Assembly (NCBI GenBank): GCA_963721765.1
Contig: CAVRJP010000002.1
Location: 112,474-176,473, forward strand
DNA: 64,000 bases
Origin: an uncultured Chloroflexia bacterium
Lineage (GTDB): Bacteria; Chloroflexota; Limnocylindria; Limnocylindrales; CSP1-4
Reading direction: 5' to 3'
Position numbers and translations under genes: made by a program. The notes beneath the pieces were generated by a model. The model did not search any database. It was not told the DNA's origin and saw only the letters and a list, made by a program, of their open reading frames with translations. Below, in pieces: positions 37,491 through 48,330 of the stretch. Each line of letters starts with the position of its first letter. The stretch's first letter is position 1.

Positions 37491-38246
37491 TCAGTCGACC
37501 GCGACGAGGCGAACGTTCAGCCGGAGTCGGCCGTCCTTCCCGACGCACGTCTGGAGGGTCATGCTCGGGACAGGCTGGTCGGCGATCGCCCAGTGCGAAT
37601 CGACCGGATCGACCACGCGCCACTCGGTCACCCGATAGCGGGTGAGCTTGCCGTTGCCGTTCGCGTAGATCGCGACCATCCCGACCCGCAGCCGGTCCCG
37701 AACGTACGCCCGGTGGAGCGGCGCCATCACGCTCGAGGCGTGACCCATGATGTAGGTGTTGTTCACGCCCGCGCAGCCCCAGCGGTACATGTAATGGTCC
37801 GGCGGGCGCTGCCGTGAGCATTCGAACAGGTGGACGCGGTTGCTGATCCCGAGCGAGGGGATCCAGAACCGGTTCTCGCCTGCGTAAATCGGCGGCGAAT
37901 CAGACCTGGCAGGCTTCGAGGCCTTGTCCCGCTTCGCGGTCTTGTCAGGCTTCTCGGCCTTGGACTTCTGTGCCTTAGGTGCCTTCGCGGGCTCCGGCTT
38001 CTCCCGCGGGCCGACGACTAGCTCCGGCGCGCGCTCCTGGTGGTGGATGACGAAGCTGACGCCCGGAGGCGTCGCCTCGACCGAGCTGTCCGCGAAGGCA
38101 AGCGGAGCGGCGGCGATCCGTGCCGCCGAGGCATCGCGTCGGTCGAAGCCGGCCGATCCGTCGACCCATCCGGTGGTGATCGCGAGTGCGAAGAGGAGGA
38201 CGGCCGCGCGCGGGAACGAGCGGCGGGGCGCGGCTGATGCGTGCAT
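37491..38246 (-). CDS. Class F-type sortase family protein
   Basis: N-terminal signal/anchor, a Lys/Pro-rich linker, a catalytic His in IMGHASS, and the sortase TLxTC motif (MTLQTC). Confidence 0.75.
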   Translation of the reverse strand: MHASAAPRRSFPRAAVLLFALAITTGWVDGSAGFDRRDASAARIAAAPLAFADSSVEATPPGVSFVIHHQERAPELVVGPREKPEPAKAPKAQKSKAEKPDKTAKRDKASKPARSDSPPIYAGENRFWIPSLGISNRVHLFECSRQRPPDHYMYRWGCAGVNNTYIMGHASSVMAPLHRAYVRDRLRVGMVAIYANGNGKLTRYRVTEWRVVDPVDSHWAIADQPVPSMTLQTCVGKDGRLRLNVRLVAVD

Positions 38247-38400
38247 GCACCAGAGCCTCCACCAGGAACCGCCGCCCGACCGCTACCCGCTGGTCCCGGA
38301 TGGGCATGGCGCAGAGTTCCCGTCCCGGGTACCGGTCCGAGCGTGGGACCGGGACGTTCGTACGCCCATCCCTTCGCCGCCTCGGCGGCGAGGCGCGCCG

Positions 38401-39123
38401 TCAGTCGACGGCGATGAGACGAACGAGGAGGCGGTACCGCCAGCCCTTCCCGACGCAGGTCTGGATGGTCATGCTCTGGACGGGCTGATCGGCGATCGCC
38501 CACGATGCGTCCGCGGGGTCGACCACCCGCCACTCGCTGACGCGATACCGCGTCACGTCACCGTTCGAGTTCGCGTACGCCGCGAGCATGCCCACGCGAA
38601 GCTTGCCGCGGACGTAGGCATCGTGGAGCGGCTTCATCACGCTGTCGGCGTGGCCCATGACATACACGTTGTTGGTTCCGGCGCAGCCCCAGCGATAGAT
38701 GCGGTCGCCCGGCGCCCGTTGTCGAGAGCAGGCGAACGGGCGCACCTTTCGATTGATGTCGAGCGACGGCATCCAGAACCGGTTCCTACCCGAGAACACC
38801 GGTTGCGCCGCCGCGATCTCCGAGCGCTCCGGTTCGGTCGCGGTGTTGACGTCGACGAGCCCCGGCGAAACGGGCGGGGCGGGGGTACCTGCCTCGAGCT
38901 CCTGGCGAGCAACGACTGCGCTGGATCCCGTCGAACCGGAGTCCGAGCTTGCCGGGCCGGCCGCTGACTCGAGAGCGCTCGCGCCGGCCGCCGGCGCGTT
39001 GGGGACGCGACCCTGTGCGGCGGCGACGCCCGTCCAGCCAGTCGTGATCGCGAGCACGAGCAGCAGGAGCGGCGCTCGGATGGCGCTGGGGAGCGAGCGG
39101 GCAGGCATGGTCGATGCACCCAT
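38401..39123 (-). CDS. Class F-type sortase family protein (tandem paralogue)
   Basis: Same architecture as the neighbouring sortase: VMGHADS and MTIQTC. The C-terminal ~140 aa are colinear with it. Confidence 0.75.
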   Translation of the reverse strand: MGASTMPARSLPSAIRAPLLLLVLAITTGWTGVAAAQGRVPNAPAAGASALESAAGPASSDSGSTGSSAVVARQELEAGTPAPPVSPGLVDVNTATEPERSEIAAAQPVFSGRNRFWMPSLDINRKVRPFACSRQRAPGDRIYRWGCAGTNNVYVMGHADSVMKPLHDAYVRGKLRVGMLAAYANSNGDVTRYRVSEWRVVDPADASWAIADQPVQSMTIQTCVGKGWRYRLLVRLIAVD

Positions 39124-39267
39124 GCGCAGGAGTTGCCGCCACGAATCGGGATCCGACCGCTACCCCCGCGTCCCGGCTCGGTCTTCGCAGGTTACCCGTT
39201 TGCCGCTGGCCTGACGGGCCGAACCTGCACTGTCACCGAGTGCGAGATCCGACGGCGTCGAGGGGTA

Positions 39268-39711
39268 TCAGCCGCCGTTGCCGGCCGACTCCTGGAGCGC
39301 CTCGCGGATCGCGCCCTTGAAGCCGGGCGGCCACGGGCCCTGCCCGGCGAGCACGTACGGTGAGATGCTGAGCAGCTCGAACGTCGCCGTGTCCGTCGCC
39401 CACGCCTCGACGCACACCTCCACGTCGCGCTCCCGCCGCTCGAAGGCCTCGCGGTTCCTGAAGATGTAGATCCGCAGCGGGACGGGCGTGCTCTGGTCGA
39501 GCCCGGCGGCGTCGAACCGGATCGCTGTCGCGCTGAGGGTCGGGTCGTCGCAGCCCGGGTCGCCTGCCGTCCAGCTCTCGACGTCCACCCCGACCCGGCC
39601 GAGCTGGCCCGCGATCTCTGGAAACGGCGCCGGATTCGCAGTCGGCGGTGTGACCAGCACCCCCTGGCAGCCGCCGAGCACGAGGGCCGCGAGCACGAGT
39701 GCCGCGAGCAC
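39268..39711 (-). CDS. Small lipoprotein (hypothetical)
   Basis: N-terminus LAALVLAALVLGGC (lipobox), encoded by a threefold 15-nt tandem repeat. No family recognised. Confidence 0.5.
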   Translation of the reverse strand: MLAALVLAALVLGGCQGVLVTPPTANPAPFPEIAGQLGRVGVDVESWTAGDPGCDDPTLSATAIRFDAAGLDQSTPVPLRIYIFRNREAFERRERDVEVCVEAWATDTATFELLSISPYVLAGQGPWPPGFKGAIREALQESAGNGG

Positions 39712-39770
39712 GGGTGCCGCGAGCAGCGGGTGAGCCGTGGCGGCTCAACGCCTCGCCACGGACACACCGG

Positions 39771-41807
39771 TCATCGTTGGGAACCCGCGAGCCGCGCCCG
39801 GGCGAGCGCCTCGAACGGCGCGAGGGACCCGGGATCGGCGAGGGCATCGGCGGACGCTGCCGCTTCCGGCCGCGCTCCGAGCAGGATCCGCTTGACCGGC
39901 ACCTCGAGCTTCTTGCCGGACAGCGTTCGAGGGATGGATGGCACGGCGGCGATCGAGTCGGGCGCGTGGCGCGGCGAGAGCTGCTCGCGCAGCGACGCAG
40001 CGATCCTCAGGCGCAGGGCGTCGTTGAGCTCGACCCCGTCGCGCGTCACCACGAACAGCAGCAGCTCACCCGCCGAGCCGCCGGCATCCTCGAGGTGCAC
40101 CACGAGGCTGTCGACGACCTCGGGCAGGGTCTCGACGATGCCGTAGAACTCCGCGGTGCCAATCCGCACCCCGCCGCGGTTCAGCGTCGCGTCGCTCCGC
40201 CCGCTGACGATGCACGAGCCGCGCTCGGTGATCGTCAGCCAGTCGCCATGCCGCCAGATCCCCGGATAGGTCGAGAAGTACGCCTCGCGCAGCCGCGATC
40301 CATCGGCATCGCCCCACAGGCCGACCGGCATCGACGGCATCGGCACGGTGATCACGAGCTCACCCTCGCGCCCCACGACGGATCGGCCCGCGTCGTCGAA
40401 GGCCTCGACCTTTGCGCCGAGCAGCCGGCAGCTGATCTCGCCCGACCACACCGGCACGAGCGGCGACTGGCCAACGATGCCGGCGCAAACGTCCGTCCCG
40501 CCGCTCAGCGACCCGAGCTGGACCGTTTCGGACACGGCCTCGTACACCCACTCGAACCCCGCCGCCGGCAAGGGCGAGCCCGTCGACCCGAGTCCGCGCA
40601 GGGCGCCCAGGTCGTTCGTCCGACCCGGCGTCAGGCCCGCCTTGCGGCAGGCCATGAGGTACGGCGCGCTGGTGCCGAGATACGTCATCCGCGTCTCCGC
40701 GGCCAACTCCCACAGGCCGCCGAGGGTCGGGTGGGCCGGATTCCCGTCGAACGTGACGACGGCGCTGCCGACGAGGAGGCCGGACACGAGGTAGTTCCAC
40801 ATCATCCAGCCGGTCGTGGTGAACCAGCAGAACCGATCGGTCGGCCCGAGGTCCGTATGCAGGCCGAGCGACTTGAAGTGCTCGAGCAGGATGCCGCCGT
40901 GGCCGTGGACGATCGGCTTCGGCAGGCCCGTCGTGCCCGACGAGAAGAGGATGTACAGCGGGTGGTCGAACGGGACGGCCTCGAACGCGAGCGGCGCGGT
41001 CTCGGCGAGCAGGTCGTCCCAGCCGATCGAGGAGGGGACCGCGGTGGCCGACTCGGGAACGAGGTACGGCAGGACGACGGTGGCCTCGACCGACGGCAGC
41101 GCCGCTCGGATCTCGGCGAGCTCGGCCCGGCGGTCGATCGACTTGTCGCCGTAGCGGTAGCCGTCGATCGACAGCAGGACCCGCGGCTCGATCTGCCCGA
41201 AGCGGTCGATGACTGCTCGAACCCCGAACTCGGGCGCGCACGAGGACCAGATGGCGCCGAGGCTCGCGGTCGCGAGGAACGCGACGATCGTCTCGGGCAC
41301 GTTCGGGAGGAACGCGGCGACGCGATCACCGCGGCCGACGCCGAGGCCGAGCAGGCCCGCCCGGCAGCGCGCCACCTGGTCGCGCAGCTCTGCGGCCGTG
41401 AGTGTCGTCGGGCCGCGCGTCTGCGACCGACCGATGACGACGACGTCGTCCGGCCCTCGGCCCGGCATTCGCAGCGCGTGCTCGGCGTAGCTCAGGGTCG
41501 CGCCTGGAAACCACCTCGCGCCGGGCATCCGGGCGTCGACGAGATCGGCCGATGGCTGGTCGTGGGCGATGACCTCGAACGAGTCCCAGATCGATCGCCA
41601 GAACGCCCCAGGCTCGTCGACGGACCAGTGCCACGCTGCGTCGTACGACTCGAAGCGCAGGCCGTGCCGTCGCTCCACCTCGTCGAGGAACCGGCCCATG
41701 CGCGTCGTAGCGCGGGCGTCGGCGGGCGGCGACCAGAGGACGTCGGGGACGGCGGGGCCCGCGGCGGCGCTCACCTCCGTGCTCGTCACGCGAGCACGGT
41801 AGCGCAA
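39771..41807 (-). CDS. Acetoacetate-CoA ligase (acetoacetyl-CoA synthetase)
   Basis: 678-aa AMP-forming ligase with FSSGTTGLPKPI. The N-terminal W.P....T.M..F region and overall length are typical of acetoacetyl-CoA synthetases. The start is TTG 41807 or GTG 41789. Confidence 0.85.
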   Translation of the reverse strand: MRYRARVTSTEVSAAAGPAVPDVLWSPPADARATTRMGRFLDEVERRHGLRFESYDAAWHWSVDEPGAFWRSIWDSFEVIAHDQPSADLVDARMPGARWFPGATLSYAEHALRMPGRGPDDVVVIGRSQTRGPTTLTAAELRDQVARCRAGLLGLGVGRGDRVAAFLPNVPETIVAFLATASLGAIWSSCAPEFGVRAVIDRFGQIEPRVLLSIDGYRYGDKSIDRRAELAEIRAALPSVEATVVLPYLVPESATAVPSSIGWDDLLAETAPLAFEAVPFDHPLYILFSSGTTGLPKPIVHGHGGILLEHFKSLGLHTDLGPTDRFCWFTTTGWMMWNYLVSGLLVGSAVVTFDGNPAHPTLGGLWELAAETRMTYLGTSAPYLMACRKAGLTPGRTNDLGALRGLGSTGSPLPAAGFEWVYEAVSETVQLGSLSGGTDVCAGIVGQSPLVPVWSGEISCRLLGAKVEAFDDAGRSVVGREGELVITVPMPSMPVGLWGDADGSRLREAYFSTYPGIWRHGDWLTITERGSCIVSGRSDATLNRGGVRIGTAEFYGIVETLPEVVDSLVVHLEDAGGSAGELLLFVVTRDGVELNDALRLRIAASLREQLSPRHAPDSIAAVPSIPRTLSGKKLEVPVKRILLGARPEAAASADALADPGSLAPFEALARARLAGSQR

Positions 41808-41858
41808 GCGTGCGTCTGTCCCGGCACCGGGCTCAAGCGCCGCAACGGCGCTCAGACG

Positions 41859-42158
41859 TCAGGCGGGGACGCCGGGCCAGCGCTCGTAGAGGACCGCGAC
41901 CGCGACCTTCGTCAAGTAGCCACTGCCGTCGTTGCCGAACGCCGTGCCCGCGTGACGAAGCGGGAAGCTCGACATCGACAGCATCCGCAGCCCCGACGAG
42001 GCACGCGCCCGCGCGTCGGCCGCGATCCAGCCCATGAGGTTGGCGGGTTCGACCTCCGTGCCGAGATCCGGCGGCTGGTAGACCACGAGCACATGGTCGG
42101 GTCCCGCTGCGTACTCGGTCTGCGCGATCTCGTAGCCCGATTCGTCGACGCCAGCCAC
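41859..42158 (-). CDS. Hypothetical 99-aa protein, last gene of the MoxR/VWA operon
   Basis: GTG at 42158 lies 2 nt after GAGGAGGGG. The composition is coding-like (VAGVDESGYEIAQTEYAAGPDHVLVVYQPPDLG...). No family recognised. Confidence 0.5.
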   Translation of the reverse strand: MAGVDESGYEIAQTEYAAGPDHVLVVYQPPDLGTEVEPANLMGWIAADARARASSGLRMLSMSSFPLRHAGTAFGNDGSGYLTKVAVAVLYERWPGVPA

Positions 42159-42174
42159 GACCCCTCCTCGCCGA

Positions 42175-45096
42175 TCAGCCGCCGCGCGCTCGCCTCTTTG
42201 CCTCGCGCAGCCGCGCCAGCGTATCCATCGGCTCGGCCTCGGTCGAGGCCGTCGGGCCCGCAGGGGCGCGCGTCGCAACTCCTGGCGTGCCGGCGGGTGA
42301 GCGAATCTCGGAGACCTCGGCCGCGGCCACCGTCGACGGTCCGGCGACGGGCTCGTCGGCGCGACGGAGCAGCGCCGCGCGCGCTGACGCGCCACCCGCT
42401 CGCTCCCGTGACGCGAGCATCCCTTCCGCCGCTGCAGTGCGAGGCGCCGCCGCTCTCCGGAGCCGCCAGCGTCGTCCGACCCAGCCCCGAGCGTCGACCA
42501 GCTCGCGCCGCCCGATGGAAACTCGGCGCAGCGCGATGTCGAGCGGCCACAGGAGCAGCGCCAGGATGAGCAGCCAGGGCCACAGCTCCGTGAACGAGGA
42601 CGTCGTGCGCAGGTCGTGGCGCCACGGATCGAGAGGAAGCACGACCTCGCGGCCACCCGTCGCCGAGCGCAGTGCCGCGAGGAACGGCGTGTTCACGCCC
42701 AGGAGCCGGTACTCGGCCGCGACCGGCTCGACGAGGCCCACCGTTCGGCCGAGCGCCGGCGCGCCGGGTCGCGTCTGGTTGATCCGGACGGCATACGCGC
42801 CCGAGTCGATCTCGCCGAGGTCCGACTCGTAGACGCCCGGCGCCACCTGGTCCAGGAGCACCTCGCGCGGCGTCAGGTCGGGCCCGACGATGACCGCCAT
42901 CGTGCGGTAGAAGTCACGCGGCGAGCCGTCGCTCTCGACGCTCTCGACGTGGAGTCGTGTCTTGCCGCCGAGCGTCTCGAACGCCGCCTCGATGCCGCCG
43001 GTCTCCTCGCCCGGGAACGTCCAGCCGACGAGCTGGCTGAAGAACCGGTTGAAGCCAGTCCAGCCGACCCAGTTCTTGGCCCACCGACCCGTCGAGTCGG
43101 ACGTCCAGGCCACCGACCGGCCGAGCCCGTACTGCCACTGGGCAAGAAGTGGGTCGTCGCGCGCCGAGACCAGCACGAGCTGGGCCGCGGACTTGATCGT
43201 CGTGCCGTTGTAGCCCAGGAGCTTCGGCAGCCCATCCTCGAGGCCACGCAGGATCGGCGACGAGCTGGTCTGGATCGGGAAGAACTCCTCCTCGATGATC
43301 TGCTGGCCGGCGACCTGCTGGGTCTCCTTGAGGAAGATGTCCGGGATCGAGGCGACGTTGTTGGCCGCGTAGAACCGGCCGCCGCCCTGCTTCGCGAGCG
43401 CCTCGAGGAACGGGTTGGAGCCGCCGCCGGCGCCGACGGTCGAAAGCGTGATCCCGGCGGCCTTCATGCGGTCGATGATCGCGTCGTACTGGCCGGAGCT
43501 CGACCAGCCGTCGGTCAGCAGGATCACGTGGCGACGCTGCGCGGTGGCCTTCTCGAGCGACCCGACCGCCTGCTCGAGGCCCACGAAGATGTTCGTCTGG
43601 CCGAGCGGCTGGATGCCCGAGATCTGGCTGCCGACGTCGCCGACGTTGCCCAGCGGCTTCGTCTGGATCACCCAATGGGCGGACTCGTTGAACGCCACCA
43701 CCCCGAACTCGTCGCGCGCCGTGAGAGCCGCGGCGGCGCGCAGGATCGCCTCCTTGCCGATATCCACCTTGCGCACGCCGGACATCTGGCCGCCGCCGCC
43801 ACCGCCGTCGAACGTGTTGCAGTGGCAGGCGTCCATCGAGCCCGACTTGTCGATGACGATCACGAGCGCGATGTCCGGCTCGCGCTGTCGGTTGCGCACG
43901 CCCATGTCGACCGGGAGGGTCTCCTCCATCGGCGTCTTCGTGTACCCGCCCGCGCCGTAGGCACGTGGGCCGCCGACCATCACGAGCCCTCGGCCGAGGT
44001 CGCGAACGTAGACCTGGAGCGCGGCGAGCTGGCGATCGTTGAAGCGCAGTCGCGGCACGTCGACGACGACGACGCTGTCGTACGTCGCGAGCCCGGCGAA
44101 GTCGGTCGGGAGCGCCTCGGGGATGATCGAGTCGACGTCGTGGCCCTCCGCGGTCAGGGAGGCGACGAGCTCGGCCGCGACCTTCTCGTCGCCGGCGAGC
44201 ACGAGGATCCGCGGCTCGCCCTTGACGATCGTGTTCGAGTCGGCCCGGTCGTTCTGGCTGAACGTGTCGCCGGCGGCCTCGACGACGGCACGGAACGTGT
44301 GGAATCCCGCCTCCGTCGGCTTGACCCGGAAGACGACGCGGTTCGCGCCCGCCTTGAGCTCCACGCGCTCGGTCGCGACCAGGGCGCCGTCGGCGAAGAG
44401 GCGAACGGTGGCCGCCTGGGCGATGCTCGAGCTGATCTCGGCGATCGCCTCGATCTCTTCGCCAAGACGGGCGGTCGACGGCGTGGTGAGGCGGTCGACG
44501 AGCACCTCCTCGCGGTCCACGAGGCCGATGACGCGCGTCTCGACCTGGATGCCGCGGGCCGCCGCGAGCGCGGCTTCGCGCTGGCCGCGACCCGTCGTGT
44601 CGTTGCCGTCGGAGATGAGGACGATCCGCTTCTGGGCCGCGTCGGGGAAGAGCGCGGCCGCGAGGCGCAGGGCGCCGCCGATGTCCGTGGCGGCCTTCAC
44701 CGGCGTGCTGCGCAGGCTGTCGATCGCCCGGAGCTCCTCCGGCAGCCGCTCGACGAGCGCGTCCTTGCCGAACGCCACGATTCCGGCCTGGTCGTCCTCG
44801 GGCATCACCTCGAGGGTCTCGCGCAGGAACGCGAGCGCGTCCTCGCGTCCGGCCGCGCCGACGCTGTCCGAGAGGTCGACGACGAACACGGTGGCGAGGC
44901 GATCGACCGGGAGCACGAGCTGGAAGCCGGCAAGCGCGAGGACGAGCGCGGACAGCAGCACCGAGCGCAGGGCGACCGCTGCGCGGCGCCGGCGCGCGCC
45001 GATCCGCCGGCGCGCGGCGAGATGGGGCACGAACGTGAGGATCAATGCCGGGATGAGGAGGACGAGCCAGATCGGGGCGTCGAACCGGATGCCCAT
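42175..45096 (-). CDS. Membrane-anchored protein with two VWA domains and a GATase1-like domain (BatB-like)
   Basis: ATG at 45096. N-terminal TM helices. MIDAS motifs VDLSDSV and IDKSGSM. A central LVLAGDE...VMVGGP amidotransferase-like segment and a C-terminal TM helix (LWPWLLILALLLWPL). Confidence 0.8.
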   Translation of the reverse strand: MGIRFDAPIWLVLLIPALILTFVPHLAARRRIGARRRRAAVALRSVLLSALVLALAGFQLVLPVDRLATVFVVDLSDSVGAAGREDALAFLRETLEVMPEDDQAGIVAFGKDALVERLPEELRAIDSLRSTPVKAATDIGGALRLAAALFPDAAQKRIVLISDGNDTTGRGQREAALAAARGIQVETRVIGLVDREEVLVDRLTTPSTARLGEEIEAIAEISSSIAQAATVRLFADGALVATERVELKAGANRVVFRVKPTEAGFHTFRAVVEAAGDTFSQNDRADSNTIVKGEPRILVLAGDEKVAAELVASLTAEGHDVDSIIPEALPTDFAGLATYDSVVVVDVPRLRFNDRQLAALQVYVRDLGRGLVMVGGPRAYGAGGYTKTPMEETLPVDMGVRNRQREPDIALVIVIDKSGSMDACHCNTFDGGGGGGQMSGVRKVDIGKEAILRAAAALTARDEFGVVAFNESAHWVIQTKPLGNVGDVGSQISGIQPLGQTNIFVGLEQAVGSLEKATAQRRHVILLTDGWSSSGQYDAIIDRMKAAGITLSTVGAGGGSNPFLEALAKQGGGRFYAANNVASIPDIFLKETQQVAGQQIIEEEFFPIQTSSSPILRGLEDGLPKLLGYNGTTIKSAAQLVLVSARDDPLLAQWQYGLGRSVAWTSDSTGRWAKNWVGWTGFNRFFSQLVGWTFPGEETGGIEAAFETLGGKTRLHVESVESDGSPRDFYRTMAVIVGPDLTPREVLLDQVAPGVYESDLGEIDSGAYAVRINQTRPGAPALGRTVGLVEPVAAEYRLLGVNTPFLAALRSATGGREVVLPLDPWRHDLRTTSSFTELWPWLLILALLLWPLDIALRRVSIGRRELVDARGWVGRRWRLRRAAAPRTAAAEGMLASRERAGGASARAALLRRADEPVAGPSTVAAAEVSEIRSPAGTPGVATRAPAGPTASTEAEPMDTLARLREAKRRARGG

Positions 45097-47340
45097 CAGC
45101 GATTCCGCCCGGGCTTGGCGGTGCCGCTCGCTGCCGCGGCCGCGCGCGCGGCGGCCTCGGTCGCCGCGGAAGCCGTCGTGACGCCCGTCGCGGGCGGTGA
45201 CCTGCGGATTCCGCGCCAGAGTCGCGTGACCGCGTCGCGGTGGTAGACGAGCCACTCGGCGAGAAGGACGAGGAGCACGATGAGCACGATCGCGACCCAC
45301 AGCTCGTCACGCGCGGCAGGCCGCTCAGCCACGGTGCCCGCGCCGGGTACGCCCGAGGCGCCGGGCTCGAGCGTGGGAGCGGGGGTCGCGACGGCCGATG
45401 CCCCCGGGCTTGCACCTGCGCTGGCTGCTCGCCGCGCGCCCGAGTCCCTCGATCGAGGACGGCGAGCCGGGCGCGATATCGCTCTCGCCCGGGTCGAACA
45501 GGTCCACGGCGAATTGCACGGGAGCGTTGGGGTCCACGGGCGGCGCGGTCGGGATGGGGCTGGCGGTCGCACCCGGCGCGAGCGTCGAAGGCGGAGAGGA
45601 GGCGCCAGGCGAAGGCGTCGCGATGGGCGCCGGGGTTGCTCCGGACGGACCTGCCGTCGGCGCGGGGTAGATCGCCACGGCGGTGTAGATGCCGAGGAGG
45701 TCGGTCTGGCTGAACGCGACGGACGCCGCGCCCGCCGTCGCCGGAGCGAGATCGACCGTCCCACCGTCCGGCCGGGTCACGATCATCGACGTGGCGCCCG
45801 GCGGGACCGGGATCGTCACCGGGTCGCCCGGCGCGAGGGCCTCGGCTGGTGCAGCCGAGCCGCCGAGGAGCTCGCCGGTGAGGTTGGCCATGAGCAGCGG
45901 GAACGCCACCTGGAGGGGCAGATCCGAGTTGCGTGGCAGGAAGGCGAGCACGCCCGCGCGCTGGCCTTCCAGCTCGCCGACGTAGAGCAGCGGTGATCCG
46001 GAAGGGCCCGGGATGACGGCTCGCGCCCACGCCGGCAGGACGAGCTTCGACGCTTTCCCGACATGCACGCTGGACAAGTCGACGAACTTGAGGATCGGCT
46101 CGTCCGGCGAGATCGTCGCGATGCCCGGGTCGGTCAGCGTTCCGACCACCTCGCCCAGATCGCTCGATTTCGTCGGCGCGATCGAGAGGATCGCGGTGCG
46201 CGGCAGCGTCGCGGGCAGGAAGCCCTCGAAGATGATCAGGTCGAACAGCTCCGGATGCGTGTCCGGCCCGTATTTCGCGGGCGTGATTCCGTACAGCTCC
46301 GTGTTGGGCAGGTACGAGAGGGCGGTCTCGAGGTACGGGTCCCCCTCGCCGACCAGCAGGATCCGGCGCAGCCGGTCGGGCGGCACGACCGCCCAGGCCC
46401 GGTCGTCGAGGGTGAGCGCATCGGGGTTCCCCGATCCCTGGGAACCGGTCAGGTGGACGAGCCGGACCTCGATGACCGAGGCGTTCCGGGGGACGTCATC
46501 GATGAGCACCTCGGTCCGCGTCTGCGGCTCGAGGTTCGGCAGGTCCTTCGCCTCGATCATGATGCCGTCGGCGAAGAGCTGGAGCGTGCGTCCGGCACTC
46601 TCGATGTCGAGGTTCGCGACGCTGATGAAGACGGACCTCGTCACACCGGACGACGCCGGTCGCACGGCGAGCGCGACGATCGCCTGGTTCTTCCGTTCGC
46701 GACCAACCTGGAGGACGCTGACCTTGTGGTCGAGGCGGTTCACGGGCTTGATCGCGAGGGCAGCATCGGTCGCGACGAGGATCTCCGCGTCACCCGCCCG
46801 GGCAGCCAGCGCGTCAGCGAGGTTCAAGGCGTCGCCAAGGTCGCCGGTCGATGGCGAGACGGTGATGCCCTCGATCGCGGCGCGGACGCGGCCGAGGTCG
46901 TTCGTGCCGTTGACGACCACGCGCGCGGTATTGCCCGCCGCGATGACGCTCACCGTGCCGCCGGCAGGCAGGTCGCGGAGCTTCTCGAGGACCTTGGCCT
47001 TGGCCTCGGTGAGCCGGTCCGGCGGGATGTCCGAGGCGCCCATGCTGGCCGACGTGTCGATGACGATGACCACGTCGCCCGCGAGTCCCGCCGGGCGCTC
47101 GAGGAACGGCCGCGCAGCGAGGATCGCCAGGAGCAGGACGAGCAGCAGCTGGAGCAGGAGCAACAGGCTTCGCCGCAGCTTCTGCCACGGCGCGTTGGCC
47201 TCGATGTCCGTGAGCAGCTTCTGCCACAGCAGGGTCGAGGGCACGACCTGCTCGTCGCGCCGGAGCTTGAGCAGGTACATCGCCACGACGACCGGGATGA
47301 ACAGCAGCCCGAGCAGCGCGAGCGGGGAGAGGAAGCTCAC
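45096..47340 (-). pseudogene. BatA-like protein (aerotolerance-regulator N-terminal TM domain plus VWA), interrupted by a +1 frameshift near the 3' end
   Basis: MSFLSPLALLGLLFIPVVVAMYLLKLRR and MIDAS VIDTSASM are in the frame of ORF 45325..47340. The expected C-terminal anchor (RDELWVAIVLIVLLVLLAEWLVYHRD) is in the frame of ORF 45096..45764. The switch is at about 45400-45450. Span length is 3n+1. The stop overlaps the next ATG (TGATG). Confidence 0.75.
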
Positions 47341-47349
47341 GTCCGCGGC

Positions 47350-48315
47350 CTAGCCCAGGACCCTGCGGCGTCGCAGTTCTGCGAACACGAGGTCGGCGAG
47401 CGGTAGGTCGGTCGAGATCGGGACGTACGTGGCGCCGCGCTTGGAGGCCAGGTCGGCGAAGCTCTCCTGCCACGTGGCGAGACGCGCCTTGTAATCGTCG
47501 AGCGTCGCCAGGTCGATCGTCACGTCGAGCCCGTCGCGCGTCTCGATGTCGACGAGCCGAACGTCGCCCTCCATGGACGGATCAAGCTCCTCCGGCGAGA
47601 GGACGTGGATGACGATCAGCTCCGAGCCCGTCGCGGCGAGCTCGCGGATGACCTTGTCCGCCGCGGGATCCAGGAGGTCCGAGAGGAGCACGATCACGCC
47701 CCGGCCGCTGAGCTGGGCGCCGGCGTGACGGGCCGAGGCGAGCAGGTCCGTCGGGCCGTCCGCCGGGGCGATGGCCGACAGCGCGGCGAGCAGCCGGAAC
47801 ACGCGCCCGGAGCCGCGCAGGGCGACCTGCCGCCGGCCCGCCCGCGCGGCGAGCGCCGTGACCGCCACCCGGTCCTCGGACGCGAGCCCGATGTAGCCGA
47901 GCGCCGCCGCGGCCCGCTTGGCGAACAGGAGCTTTGCCGGCGCGCCGGCGGCCATCGACGCAGACGCGTCGAGGAGGAAGTGGATCGTGACGTCCTCCTC
48001 CTCGACGTAGAGCTTGACGAACAGCTTTTCGAGACGCGCCAGGACGTTCCAGTCGAGCTGCCGGAGGTCGTCGCCGAGGGAGTAGTCGCGGAAGTCGGCG
48101 AACTCGACGGATTGGCCGCGCTTGACCGATCGACGGCCGCCCTTCAAGCCGCCACGGACCGGCCGCTTCATGATCAGGAGCAGCCGCTCAAGCTGACGAA
48201 GGAATCCCTCGTCGAATACCGTCGGGTCGATGTCGGACGGCAGGAACGCTGGTCGCGTCCCGGTCGCGGCGGCGGCGCGCTCGTCCCCGAGCGGCACGCG
48301 CTCTTCGGCGGTCAC
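47350..48315 (-). CDS. DUF58 domain protein
   Basis: Signature FADFRDYSLGDDLRQLDW and a degenerate VWA-like body. It occupies the canonical position downstream of MoxR. Confidence 0.85.
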   Translation of the reverse strand: MTAEERVPLGDERAAAATGTRPAFLPSDIDPTVFDEGFLRQLERLLLIMKRPVRGGLKGGRRSVKRGQSVEFADFRDYSLGDDLRQLDWNVLARLEKLFVKLYVEEEDVTIHFLLDASASMAAGAPAKLLFAKRAAAALGYIGLASEDRVAVTALAARAGRRQVALRGSGRVFRLLAALSAIAPADGPTDLLASARHAGAQLSGRGVIVLLSDLLDPAADKVIRELAATGSELIVIHVLSPEELDPSMEGDVRLVDIETRDGLDVTIDLATLDDYKARLATWQESFADLASKRGATYVPISTDLPLADLVFAELRRRRVLG

Positions 48316-48330
48316 TGGCGTGGCCGCGCG

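Noticed and set aside
39661-39715. A threefold 15-nt tandem repeat (GCCGCGAGCACGNGT)
   Set aside because: It encodes the hydrophobic (LAALV)n core of a lipoprotein signal peptide on the minus strand. This is probably simple slippage within a signal sequence and not a regulatory repeat.
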